A stretch of 64,000 nt of DNA from the NCBI GenBank assembly GCA_001179505.1, contig CDMY01000313.1:62001-126000 (forward strand), read 5' to 3'. The stretch is from Vitrella brassicaformis CCMP3155. Its lineage: Eukaryota; Protista; Chromerida. Made by a program: the position numbers and the translations under genes. The notes under the pieces were generated by a model. That model was not told the DNA's origin. It worked only from the letters and a program-made list of their open reading frames with translations, and searched no databases. Below are positions 12,564 to 25,394 of this stretch, piece by piece; the first letter of the stretch is position 1; each line of letters begins with the position of its first letter.

Positions 12564-12768
12564 AAGTCTGGATAAGAGACTGGGAAAGGGGAGAGGAGGT
12601 GCTCTTATGTGTGTCTGTTTCCTGAGTGCATAGTGACTGCACTGCGTGTGGTGGTGTGCCGTGACCAGCTGTGTGTCCAAAAGCCGATGTGGGACACGAT
12701 CCATGCAGACAGACGCACAAACACGTTCTCAATTGAGTACACACCCGTCCGTCGGTCAGTCAGTCACC

Positions 12769-13861
12769 TCACCGCGCGTCATCAGGTAGCTGGGACTCGA
12801 TGGCGAGTGTCTCGCCAGTCGCCACACCGCTGCCGTCATACGGGAAATGCGTCGCGAAACCCCTGCAAGTCAAGTGGTTGGTGGCACACAACACAACACA
12901 ACACAACACACGAAAATCCGTCCGTCCGTGCCATCCATCCATCGATTGGTCACCTCATGGATACTGTGTGAGGTATCTGGTGGCAAGAATGAAGAGGGAG
13001 AGGGACAGAGAGTGGGTCGACCATTGCATGTATGATTGTTCCTTGTGTGTTGTCCTTGTTAGCACGCCCACCTGCGGGGTGATGATGATGAACTGCGACT
13101 GTCGACCGTCGCCGCCGTTGCCATCGCCGTTGCCATCGCCGGCCGGTTGCTGCTCATCCATCTCGTCATTCTCTTCATCATACTGCTGCATCAACTCACG
13201 CTCCTAGACACACACACACACACACACAGATGGACACGCCCACACACCCCGTGTGTCTTCGTGTGCACCTTTTGTGGGTTGACGATGACGCGCAGTAGGT
13301 CCATGAGTTTCCTCTCGTTGTTGGCGTCCAAACCCTGGTTGATCTCATCCACCACACGCAAAGGACTGCACAGAGACAGGAGAGTGTGGGTGAGAGGGAC
13401 GCGTCTTCTCCCTCTCTCTCTCTCTCTCTCTCTGCAGGTCGACGCCGGCTGACCTCTTGCCCTCCTCCTGCAGCGCTGTTTGCAACGGCAAGACAGACAC
13501 AGAGACAGAGAGATTGTCGATGTGTGTGTGTGTGTGTGTATGGGTAGCTACCTATGATGAACAGCATTGTGGCGATCATCTTCTCGCCGCCACTCTGCTG
13601 ATTTGGCGACAGCGGCAGCAGAGGCGCGTTGGCCTTGTAACGAACCTGATTGATTTGTCGACACACCGATAGATAGATCCACACACACGCAGAGAGAGAG
13701 AGAGTGACAATCGCTACCCATGACGAGAGGAACGCGCCACCGGCAGCACGGTCGACTTACCGAGATGACGATGCCCATCTTCTCGAAGCTCTCCTCGCCT
13801 CCCTCCTTCATCACGACACTGCCGTCGAACCCCGCTTGGCGCATGAAACTGAACACACCCA

Positions 13862-13895
<34 letters not shown>

Positions 13896-16800
13896 TGGAC
13901 AAGGTGGTCGATCCTTATGGTGGATGGATGTGCCCGTCACCAGGAGAATCGTCTGTGCAGGAGCTTCATGGTGTACTGGACCTTCTCCTTGAAGGCCTGT
14001 GACTCCTCCTTGAGACTCGCGTCGGTGGTCGCGATGGCTTCCTCACACTCCTGATACAACAACAACCACACACACACACACACACACATAGACCAGACCA
14101 GCCAGGATGCGAGCATGCATTCGTTTTGCCGCGTTGTTGTTGCAGCACCCACCTGTATGGTGTCCTGCACCTCCTCACGCTCCTTTTTGGCCTGCTCGTA
14201 CTCCTCACCAGCACTGAAGGGATGATACCGGACACACCGTAGAGAACAGGGCAGGCAGTGCAATGCAGCCAAGATACACGCCGAGCTCAACTCACTCAAC
14301 TCGGTTGCTTACCGTGGGTTGGCCAGCAGCCGATCGCCCTCAGCACGCTTAGCCGACGCATGCGCCTACCACACACACACACACACATCTCAAAGGTGGA
14401 GGGGCCGCGTGTGGTGGGTGTGGCTACTGCACCACTCCTTACCTCCAGTTCTTCCTCATCGTCGGGTAGGTCCTCCATCTTGTCCATCTGCTCATCAGTG
14501 ATGTCCTTGCGCTTGTCGTTCCACCTGGCGTTGAGGCTGCGGTGCTTGTCCGTAGCCGTCTTGAGCTGACGACGGCCGCTCTCCAGAGCCTTCTCGGAGT
14601 CACTCAGCTGACAACAAGACAGAGACAGACCAGCAGGGACACAGCCATGTGTGGAAGTGAATGTCCATGTGTGTGTGTCGGGTGTCCTGACGTTTCTGAG
14701 CGGCTCCGATAGCTGGTCGGCTTTGGCCTGGACCTCCTGCTGCTTGACCTGCCTGCAACAGCACACCAACAGCGGCATGGTCGACCCTGCACACATCCCT
14801 CCGGCCACCATGCGCCATACCAGTCAGCCTGCAGCTTCTCCAACTCTAGCACCACCTGCTCAGACACACACAGGTGGATGGATGGATGGAGTGGGCGTCA
14901 CCTTTTGTCTGTCCTCGGCCTCCTTGACACACAGCTCGACATTCCTGATCTGGTCGTGGAATGCCTTCTGCAGCTTCTCCGTGATGGCCCGCTTTTGCGC
15001 GTCCACGTTGACGGGCTGCTGCTTGAGCTTGGTCAGGTTCTCCTGGGCGAGAGCGAGACGCTGCTTGGCCTGGTTCATTGCCGACCTGGCGTCTTGCTCC
15101 TTCTTGACGGACGCCCGCTGCGCCACCTCCTCTTGTGCGACATCCTGATCAGATTGCGGACCGGTATATGTGTGGCTTCATTCGTGGCGTCTGCTGGCCA
15201 GCTGGCTGGGCTTACCGCGAGCTGCTGGGAGATTTGTTCGTGCTGTTGTTTGAGGGCGTTGATCTCTTGCTGGAGCTGCTCACACTGCTTCTGCAGGACC
15301 TCCTGCTGCCGGCGGTTGTCCTCCTCTGCACACACACACACACACACACAACACACAGTTGGATATGTGTGTGCTGCCTCCGAGGGTGTCTGTGTCTGTG
15401 TCTGTGTGAGTGTACCGATAGATTTGAAGACGCTGGGTGGCTTGACGGCGTTGTCTCGTTTGTCTGTGCTGATGTTGCTGGGGTCATACTTGGACTGGGT
15501 GGACGAAAAGATGGTCGACCCGATAACGAACCTGCGCGACACACGACAGACGGACGAACCGCGTGGGCAGTGCCGCGCTTTTGGCCGCACTATACCGACC
15601 TGAACCCTCCGACAGCCCTCCCGATCAACGCTGGCAGGTGCTGACGCAACGCTTCCTGCACCCACATCCATCCATCCATCCATACGACGATGGAATGTGT
15701 GCTGCCGTGCCTCCCTGTCTCTCCGGCCATTCATGTGGGTGCCTGACTGTGACCACACACATACCTGCACCCTCTCGGGGTCAGCCCGCTGATCGACCAC
15801 GGCCACCAGATGGAGGGCGTAATGCGACGCCAGGGCCTTCTTGATACGCTCGGGGGCGGTGATGTACTCAGTCAGGAAACCCTACACACAAACACCACAC
15901 ACGCAGGCACATCAATCACATCACAGGTCAGGTGCCTCTCTGCGTCTGTCTGTCTGCAGGTGGGCATGGGTGAGTGTCTGTGTGTGTGTATGTGTGTATG
16001 TGTGTGTGTTTGGCTGGCTGGCTGGCTGGCTGACCTGGACGCCCGCATTGACGAGTGGCTGAGAGTTGCGGACCTCGGGAAGCAGCACATTGTCTGTGCT
16101 GTCCGTCAACAACGTCACCTACATAAATCCCACGTCTGCTCTGCTCTGCTCTGCTCATCCACATGTGCGTGTGTGTGTGTGTGTGTGTCTTCCCTCCTCA
16201 CCCACTCACCCTCGATTTGAATCTGTTTCGGAAGTCCCGAGCGTCCTGCGGTGCGGCGAGAAAGGCGAAGAGCTGCCCGGCAAGGAGGGCCTCGACGATG
16301 CTGCCCTTGGACGGCTCACACTCCATGTGTGCCGGGATGAACAGCACCGGCTGGCTGGGCCGCAGCTGCGGCAAATCCTGCAGGACGCCCTGCACGTCGT
16401 TCCTGATGGCGTGCGAGTAGATGCCCTCGAGCGCACGCCTGAATGAATGAAAGATGGGGTGAGGTAAATAGCCAGTGGGAAAGCTCTGTGTCGTTGTGTG
16501 TGTGTGTGTGTGTGCCTTTCTCGTTTCTGCTCGACTGTGGACTGGTCGCGGATTCGCTTCTGCATCTGGTTGAGCTGCCTCTCCTTGTCTGATTTGGTGA
16601 TGTTCTTCATGCCGGCGTCACGCTGGAGGCTGCACACACCAAACACACACGACACCAAACACACACGACACCAAACACACACACACGTGTGTGGTTGCAG
16701 ACGACACGGCTGACAGATAACCCATCCCCTTTTGTCATGCGACCTTGATTTCTTCTGTGATATGGCTTTCCAGTTTTGGTTCATCTGCTCGGGCGACGTC

Positions 16801-19162
16801 CCTTGCACGGCCTCCTGGTACTTGGCCTGACACACACAGCCACACACACACATGAAACGGCCCTCGCCCCTCTCTGTGTCCACCGATCTCTCTCACTCTG
16901 TGTGTGTGCGCCTGTAATGAGCACCTGTGCGTCCTGATACAGCTTGCGCTTCTCCGCGACAGACTTCTCGCTCTTATCGATGTTCTCACGCCGCTTCTGT
17001 GCTGTCTCGTCCACCTTGGCCAAACTCGACACCAGAGCCCTGCATTATCCACACGAGGCATAGAATGCTTTCGCGCTTTCTTTGGTTGGATTCCCCCACC
17101 GACCTGATCTCCTGCCGCTTCGGGAGCTGTCTGTCCGCGTATTCGCCCCACAGCTCGTCCAGCCGCTCTGTCTGCGGCTTCTTGGCGCGGAACCTGTTCT
17201 CCAGGTCGGTCTTGTGCTTGCGGAGGGCCTCGTGCTCCTCCTTCAGGGGCTTGATCTCGTCCTTCATCTTCTCCTGGGCCTCGGTGAGCTCCTGCACACG
17301 CTGGTGGAGCCGCTCGCGGTCGTTGGCTGCTGTCACGGCCGACAGCTTGACGATCTTCGCCTCGGCCAGGTCTGCCTCGTCGTACGCCTGACCTGAACGC
17401 CAAACACAATACCAAACACGTGTGTGTGTGTGTGTGCGTGTGTGGGGGGATTGGTACGTTGTCTGAGGAACTGTTGCCTCTTCTCGTCGAGTTTCTTGAG
17501 CTGTGCCTCTAGGTTGGCGAGTTTCTCCAGGCAGCTCGCGCGCGACCGCTTGTGCTTCTCCAGGTCCTTCTCCTTCTGCTTCAGACTCCTGCACACACAC
17601 ACACAAGCACACACACAAGAGATGACACGATGCCTTGGGTGGGTGGGTGGATGGATGCAGGAGTGGCCGTGAGCCCGTGTCATGCTTTGCTCACTCGAAG
17701 ACTTTGTTCTGGTTTGGGTCGATGGCTCGCAGCGTCTCGCAGAAGAGCTGCTCGGGGCCCATCTCAGACAAGGCATGCACCTGCAGGCAGGCAGGCAGGC
17801 AGGCCGGACAGGGACACACAGACACACAGATACCCATGCAGCGCAGCGTGAGCGTCCTATGATGCACAGACAGACAGCTCACGTTCTCTTGCGCCAGGAA
17901 CGTCACGGCATTGTCAACTGCACACACACACACACACGTCAAGGCAGGAGATCCATTCTGCCGCCAGCAACATTGTCAGTAGGTGTTTTCCTCACCCTGC
18001 AGGTCGAACCGTGTTTGCAGCTCCTTGACGTCCTCCAGCGTGGAGCGATGGCCTGCACTCACACAGTCACCCCCCGTCCGTGTGCGCGAGTGTCCATCAC
18101 TACCCCGCCCCGTTTCTGTGTGCCTTCTCTTCCTGACCGTCAATCCACCAGTCCGACCGAGGTCTGTTGTGCTGGTCCTGACACACGCACACACACAAAC
18201 AGAGAGCAAACCCTGACTGGCTGCTACTCGCCTCTCCCTTAGTTGGCACCGACCTTTTTGATGATACGTTTGACCTTGATTGAGCCATGTTCGTCATCGT
18301 CTGTGGGGTTTGCGATGTCGATCTCTATCACACAGCAGTTGGCGCCGCGACGGATGTAGCCCGTCAGCTGAAGGGGGGAGGGAGGGAGGGAGGGANNNNN
18401 NNNNNNNNNNNNNNNNNNNNNNNNNNNNNNNNNNNNNNNNNNNNNNNNNNNNNNNNNNNNNNNNNNNNNNNNNNNNNNNNNNNNNNNNNNNNNNNNNNNN
18501 NNNNNNNNNNNNNNNNNNNNNNNNNNNNNNNNNNNNNNNNNNNNNNNNNNNNNNNNNNNNNNNNNNNNNNNNNNNNNNNNNNNNNNNNNNNNNNNNNNNN
18601 NNNNNNNNNNNNNNNNNNNNNNNNNNNNNNNNNNNNNNNNNNNNNNNNNNNNNNNNNNNNNNNNNNNNNNNNNNNNNNNNNNNNNNNNNNNNNNNGAGGG
18701 GCAAGAAGGACAACAGACGGGCCGTGGTGTGCGTGTGTGTTCGCGTGTGGTGGGCTGTGTTGCGCTGTGCTGCTTACGTCGTCACTGCGTCGCAGCAGCT
18801 TGTGGTTGAAGCCCAATCCGATGCAAATGGCGTTTGCCTGGCGAATCGAACACACATGCAGAAAGAGAGATCTACACCCTCCATCATCGAGATACTGCGG
18901 TCGAGAATCATCCGCCATGCAGCGTACCAGGCTAGACCTGAAACGAGCAGCACAGCGCACAGGGAGGCAGATATGCGCCGCATGTTGGTGCTGCTGATCT
19001 GTCTGCATCTCATGCGTCTTACTTGCCGCTGCCATTGACGCCCGCTATGAGGTTCACACCGCTGCGGAGGCCGATGAACTCACACTGCCGGTAGTGCTGG
19101 AAGTCCTTCAACCGTACTGCTACCACGCAACCGGGGAGGAACTTGCTGCCCTCCTCTTCCAT
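12769..19162 (-). CDS. SMC5: Structural maintenance of chromosomes protein 5 (multi-exon)
   Basis: Walker A region VNLIAGVNGSGK|SSL|ANAICIGLG; Q-loop LQ|VDNAVTFLAQENVS; long coiled-coil exons; signature QQSGGEKMIATMLFII; Walker B PLRVVDEINQGLDANNERKLM; QFIIITPQ. The end is spliced as IPHTVSM|RGFATHFPYDGSG...DDAR* with the stop at 12769-12771. Confidence 0.92.
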
Positions 19163-20214
19163 CACCTCAAACAGGCATGCCTTTGGGTGTTTTCCGAGGA
19201 AGCACCCTAGGCATTTAGCTGTAGCAATAATACAAGTAAGGCGCCCAGAAAAGCTGAGCGCGGTGCACGACCCCCCAAGTGGATGGGGCGATTGCGCGTT
19301 TGACGGAGAATGCGGATGTGTCCAAAAAACACGTCGATCACACCATCCATGCGATGAATCAAAGAACACAGACAATTGCATGCATGTCCTTCTCCCTTTT
19401 GTAGCTGTCTGTGTTTGTGTCTGTGCGCGGATGTGTCATGATAGGTAGGAACACTAACAGGTACACAGGTAAGGACAAGACGCACAGCACAAATCATGAA
19501 GTGGCGGGGAAGGGCGGCAGCAGGCGGTTTCAGGGAGCACCCTAGGTGGGCTGACGGCCAAGTCCCGTGTCAGTCTTCCAACATGAAACACCACCCTAAC
19601 ATGCAACCCGGACACGCAACACGCAGCACGCAGAGGGCAGATGCAGCAGACAGGAGGATATGCAATGCGCTGCGAACGACGGCCACATAGAAGCAGGCAC
19701 ACAACGTCGCACACACGCCACCCCAGCAGCAGCTTGAAGGCGGCGTGCGTGCGTGCGTCAGGCACCATGACTCCATACGTAGATACCGCCCATCCCCAGG
19801 TGGCCAGCCAGTGCAGATCGCCCAGTCACACAAAGGCGGGGAAGGGCGGATTACGAGGGGGATAGACAAACAGCGCAGATCAACAAACAAGTGACTTACC
19901 GCTAAATCGTCGAAAAATGACCGCGAGAAGACTGTGCCTTCTTGATGTGGAGCCTATTGGCACGATAGCCGATTGGCCCACGCTCTTCAGGAGCTTGCCC
20001 AGAGCCGTGACGACAGCAGCCCATCGTTGGACGGTTTCCTTGTCGTGTCTTTGTCGCTTGTATCGATGGCGTCGCCGAACTTTGCAGACACAGAAGAGAG
20101 AGGCGTCGTTGTGTGGGAGATGTGTGAGTGTGTGTGTGGGTGGGTGGGTGGGTGGCGTGTGTATCATGGTACCTTACCTGATGTCGATTCGCGCTGGCCT
20201 TTTCACCGTCGTTG

Positions 20215-20860
20215 GTGACGGCACACCTGATGCACGTGGAGATCTCATGCAATTGACACCAGCCACGCACACAGCCAGATGGTTGTCATGTGGAAGCCAC
20301 GATGCCTCTTTGTTTGCCCTTGTTTACCTGGCTTTGCCATTCCTTGCCATCGGGCAAGCGAGTGGGGCCGTTTACCATAATCCTTCTTAACTTAGAGTGC
20401 GCAGCCACTTGATGGTGTTCTTATCTCCAGGAAGTTACGACCGAAGTCGCCTGATTCTTATGTAATGGTAGGAGAGGAGGGGCAAGGGTGGATTTGTTAC
20501 CTGCAGCAGACAGGCACGCACAAAGCACCACACGCAAGGGATGGATGAAAGCCTTCTTAAGGCCTGCCTACCATTGTCTTTCGCTTAGACGTACGGTGGT
20601 CGTTCGGGCGGCAAATCGTGTCTTCTCGACCAGGCAGAGATCGATCGCCTGACTGACCAGCCACCCACAGACAGACAGACAGACAAGGAGAGTGAGGGAG
20701 GGTGCTGTGTGCATGGATGTGTGTGTGTGTGTTCGCGTGTGACGGCACACCTGATGCACGTAGAAATCTCATGCAAGCGACACCAGCCACGCACACAGCC
20801 AGATGGTCGTTATGTGGAAGCCACGATGTGCCATTCTTTGCCATCGGGCAGGCGAGTGGG
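20215..20860. repeat. Local imperfect direct repeat: about 150 bp (20215-20366) and about 120 bp (20739-20860)
   Basis: Both copies read GTGACGGCACACCTGATGCACGT.GA.ATCTCATGCAA..GACACCAGCCACGCACACAGCCAGATGGT.GT.ATGTGGAAGCCACGATG...TTGCCATCGGGCA.GCGAGTGGG. Copy 2 lacks about 30 bp. Confidence 0.9.
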
Positions 20861-21207
20861 ACCTTGTACTCACACTGCCCTTGTACGAGGAAGAGAGAGG
20901 TCGACCACACAGGCCGTCTGGCTCATCTGGCTCGTCGCCTGTGTCAAAACCACTTCTTCTTCTGGCGAGCTTATAGGCGAGCTTTCGGTGCATGCACGAG
21001 GTTTTCTCCTTCCGAAAAGAGATCTGGGCGACCCGTCATGTAGCTCAGTATCAGCACACGAAGTTTCAGCTTTCCAGGAGGGCATTTTCATGAAGTCCGT
21101 TACGCCATCCGCCATATGCGATTCGCGCACGGAGAAAAGTAGCCTAGAGCACTCCCCCAGCTGGTGCTTTTGGGGGGTCGTCAACGTGTGGTAAAAAACT
21201 ATAGTAC

Positions 21208-22643
21208 ATGTCCATGGCCCTCCTCTCGGGTGCCCCCGTTTCCGGCTCAGCCATTCATCGTGGCATCACACCTGATGAAGCGGCCGCTGTCCATCACCCT
21301 CTTTCGGTGGTCCCTTTCGACGTACAGAGCGGCAGGAGTGGCCAGCTCTCCGGGCAGTCACCGCCACTCCGCTCGCCACTCACACCCGGCCATCAGCTGC
21401 AGCAGGAGGGTCCATCGGTGGTGGGCACGCGAGTCGGTGGGAGCGGCCTAGGGCAGAAGGGCCGGCCAGCTGTCGACGTTCCCCCATGGCCTCCTGGCCT
21501 CGCTGCCGCACACCAGGATGATCCTCTTGCACTGCCCGGCTGTCGCACAGCACCACTTGATTCCAAGGTACGGAAACACAGACACATCACGCTAGCTGTC
21601 TTTTGGTGGTCCTTCCATGCTCTTCTCCCTTCTCACATGTGTGGGTGAGAAGCCCTTCTCTGTCGGGAACTTTGGCTATCAGGAGACGAAACACGCCGCC
21701 ACCGCACACCGACGAGCGATGGACATGGTAGTGTCGCCTTGGCCTCCACCTGGCGGTGGCATAGCAGGTTACCGCCGGATTGCCATCGTCCGTCGTCCCC
21801 CCGCAACCGTCCCCACGGGGCCGATGTCGGAGCATCAAGCCGGTGTCAGAGGCGTCAGCTTCAACAAGGGGAACAACGCATGGCAGGCCAACTGGTATGA
21901 GAAGGGTATCCAAAAAGGGAAATCATTCTCGGTGTGGAAGCATGGCTATGAGGGCGCTAAGACAGCCGCCATCGCACATAGGCGGGAGATGGAGCGATTG
22001 CACTACTACTACGACAAGAGGCGTGGCAGGCTTATGGCGAGCCCTCCCGCCGAGTGCCATCGTCAGGCCGCTGTGGTAAATGACCACTGCAGCCCCCAGG
22101 AGAAGACCGACACAAGAGACGGCTGCGCGGGGCCTCATGAGACCAGGGCTGGTGGGCAGCCAGCCGGCACGTCGGCCGCTGATATCGAAGGCGCCAGCAG
22201 GGTGGAGGAGGACATCATGCTGACAAGGCTGCTGGAGGGTGTGCGTGCGACTGATCCTCAGAGTGGCGGTCGGTATGAGATCGCCACAGTGACGGTGGCC
22301 GGCCGGCAGACAAAGGCAATCCGGTGGAGGCCGACGGGTTAGAGGAGAGAACACAGGGCAAGCAAGGGCAGGATTGATCTGCCTGTGTGTCTGCTGATCA
22401 GGTGTGTGTGTAGCGTCTGACCGGCGTGATGTCCAGGACCAAGGTAATGGACAGCCAGTTGGCTCAGCCAGGATGCACCACTTCACCCATCGTCTCGGCT
22501 GTCCGCCTGTGTGCCATTCAGGATTGGCTGATCCTCCGAAGCGCCATCTGCCAAGCAGCCCCCCTGTCAACCCCTGCAATGGCCGAGACCCCTCACCGGA
22601 CCGCAGCCGCCCCCCGAAGAGGCAGCGCACAGAGCCGCCATAG
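21208..22643 (+). CDS. ApiAP2-type protein A1: one degenerate and one intact AP2 domain plus the conserved 'GGRYEI' motif
   Basis: Intact AP2: EHQAGVRGVSFNKGNNAWQANWYEKGIQKGKSFSVWKHGYEGAKTAAIAHRREME. A partial AP2 lies upstream (KPFSVGNFGYQETKHAATAHRRAM). The splice after IRWRPTG is shared with paralog B1. The 5' exon and its acceptor are uncertain. Confidence 0.62.
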
Positions 22644-22670
22644 AATGACTCGCATCATGAAGGACGACCA

Positions 22671-23442
22671 ATGGGCGAGACGAACAAGACGGTCGTCACC
22701 AGACGTGTTCCCACGCCCACCTCGGACGTACCAGGGGTCTTTTGGCTTACGTCGAGCCGATCGTGGGCAGCCTCATGGGTCGAGAAGGGCGACAAGAAGC
22801 GGAAACAACGGATCTTCAGCGCTAGTAACCATGGCTTCGACAAGGCCAAGGTGCGCGTGGCGCCGTCTATCACCCCAATCTCTCCATCTCTGTAGATGTC
22901 TCTCGTGTGTGTGTGTGTGTGTGTGTGTTGTGCAGGCGTTGGCCGAGCAGCACCGTCGTGAAATGGAGCGAACCGGACGGGCGGTGGTGAGAAAGCGATT
23001 GGACTCGGAGTACCAGAGCCAGCACCAGAGCGGCATCAGAGGCGTCAACTATTGCAAACGGCCCAGGTCCAAGGTCTGGGTGTCTCGCTGGAAAGAGTGC
23101 GGCAAAGAGAAGATCAAATACTTCTCTGTGCGGCAGCTGGGTATGGAGGGCGCCAAGAAGGCCGCCATCGCACACAGGCGGGAGATGGAGCGACAGCATT
23201 ACACATTCAAAGACAGGGGACAGGCCGGTAGGCGACAAAGGGCTGGTGACGGTATCTCTATGTCTGTCTCTATGTCTGTCTCTCTGCAATGCTCTGGCTG
23301 CGTCATCCACAGTACCACCAGCCGACCTCAATTTTTCTCTTTACGCTGTGTTGATGGCGAAGGCCATGACGGCTCCTCAGACCACCGGCCCCCTCCCAAC
23401 CACCAGCACGACTCAGACGGCTGCAGCTTCGCCGCTGAGTGA
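22671..23442 (+). CDS. ApiAP2-type protein A2 with tandem AP2-AP2 domains
   Basis: SDVPGVFWLTSSRSWAASWVEKGDKKRKQRIFSASNHGFDKAK|ALAEQHRREMERTG...HQSGIRGVNYCKRPRSKVWVSRWKECGKEKIKYFSVRQLGMEGAKKAAIAHRREME. The intron after HGFDKAK is at the same position as in B1 and B2. Confidence 0.75.
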
Positions 23443-23832
23443 CACATTTGGCCTGGGGGTCTGACTCACCGGTGTGGCCAGTGAGAGAGGGAAGAGCAGC
23501 CGGAGGGCGGGAGGGAGGAAGGGACACTTCCATGCGCCAGACAGCTGAAGGCAGCCAGGTGAGTACGACAAAGTGTATAATGGATACACTGACGTGACCA
23601 CCACAGCGATCCAATGTTGTCGAGTAGGAAAAGGGGACAGCCCGATAGGTTCGTGATGCGTGCTGCGTGCCTTCACAATGAGTTGAGGGAGAAATGAAAA
23701 CTTGACGAATGCAATTCAATGCACGTGTTGATCTCATCCACGTGCTGCGAGAGGTATTATACAGGTTCACCACCATGCCAAAAAGGGCACACACATATAT
23801 ACACACAAAACCACTACAACACACGCGTTGAG

Positions 23833-25240
23833 TCAAAAACACGGGTCGCACACGTATGATCCATCGTGGCATACCACCGATTGCCGCCCTCCCCCTCCCT
23901 CGCCCTCTCCCGTCTGTCTGACCCCCTCCCTGCGCTCAGCTGCTGTCGACGAGAGCACCTGCCACACCTCCACCTCTATGGCATTGCCGTTCATGGTGCT
24001 CGCCAGAGTGCCGCAGCCGCGCCGGTTCACCTCCCCACGGTAAGACTCTGGGAGGTGCTCGCCGCCGATGTACTGATGCATGCTCCGCACATCGTTTGTC
24101 GGCCCCGGCAGCCCCCACCCGAGCCACAGATAGCCCCGCCCGAGACACAGCTTGCCCCGGCAGTCGCTGAGGTCGCTCTTGATGGATGCGTGGTCTCCAG
24201 CCACGTTTATCAGCCGCCGTTCTGGCGGCACGGCGATCTTGATTGGCGTGTCGAAAGCGCCTCTGAGGGCGAAGAACCAGAGGTGGCACCTGTACTGGCC
24301 TGTGCATCTGTTGGTCCGGGGTGGCTGCTTGATGGCGGCCTCCATATAGCAGCCGAATAGGTGGCAGTCCTGCCGGATGAGCAGCAGCAGGGGAGACGCA
24401 CTACCGACTCGCCTGAGCATGTCCGTGACCGTAAAGCCGTCGCGACTGCCCCTGCACAGAAGAAACAGGCAGGAGGAAAGAGGCAGGGGCATGGCATCTA
24501 GGCTCCTTGATATGATGGCCCGCTGCGCATCCCCCCACCCCACGCACCTGTACAATAGCTTGATGGACTGCCCATGTCCGATCCACTTGCGCAAAGCGAG
24601 CAGCTCATCCTCAGTCAACGATATAAGACTCGGAAACTGCAGCCACACGCCAACACAGACAATACACCAGACATGATGAGTAGGCCATGGATGGATGGAT
24701 GGGCTGGCCGCATACCGTGAGTGTGGCGTCATGTGGTGTCACCTCCCTCTCGACAGCAAGGGCCTGCAGCCTCTGGTCGCTGTCGCTCTGCGCTGCCTTG
24801 ACAGAGGCACCCAGGCTGGCCAGATCCCGACGGAGCGATTGGTGCCACTGACGGTCGAAGATCAAACGCCAGAGATGAGAATGAGGCAGACAGCATGGTG
24901 GTAATGGTTGTGCTGTGCTCACCTTGTGAATGAGAAGTCCGCCGAAGAGCAGCACGGTGAGAGGGACCGTCCAGGCAACCTCCTGCAGTGCACAAACACA
25001 GCACCACACCAAGCAAATCATCTCTCCCGATGCGCCTTTCCCACCTTGCCTCACCTTTCCATTGATGGTCTCTCCCAATGTTTTCCACCAGTGATTGCCT
25101 CCCGCAGCACGATGGTGGACACCCTTGATGATGCGTATGCCCTGACCTCGCTCTGGATTCGGCACCGCAGATCTCAGCACATGACTGAAGCTCTTGACGA
25201 TGAACGGCGGCAATACCAATGGGACGAAGAAGAAGGGCAT
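23833..25240 (-). CDS. TLDc-domain protein (cassette copy A), with putative N-terminal TM and short coiled coil instead of BTB
   Basis: LTEDELLALRKWIGHGQSIKLLYR|GSRDGF...PLLLLIRQDCHLFGCY...WFFAL...LCLGRGYLWLG...IEVEVWQV is the TLDc pattern (LLYRgSRDG, FG.y, EvEVw). The N-terminal exon model is less certain. Confidence 0.75.
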
Positions 25241-25394
25241 CTGGCCATTCAGGCGACGCACAGCTAAGGTCTATCACGACAGATCTGTCACCTTTGCGAG
25301 CTTGAAATATAGTCGAAGCGAAGGGTGAATCCCAAGGGTGCAGCCGTCGAAGGGTGCTTTGCGCGGCCAGGCTTGCAAATCGAACAGGGAGAAT

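Noticed and set aside
9019-19162. RMI1-like and SMC5 as a DNA-repair gene cluster
   Set aside because: Only two genes, separated by an unrelated gene. Chance adjacency is sufficient in a eukaryotic genome.
19377-19384. TGCATGCA (known ApiAP2-binding palindrome) here and at a few other sites
   Set aside because: Few occurrences with no consistent position relative to starts; not distinguishable from background.
21208-23442. AP2 genes as HNH-AP2 homing endonucleases or transposon-encoded proteins
   Set aside because: No HNH, integrase, transposase or reverse-transcriptase motifs and no terminal repeats were seen near any AP2 gene. The genes have spliceosomal introns.
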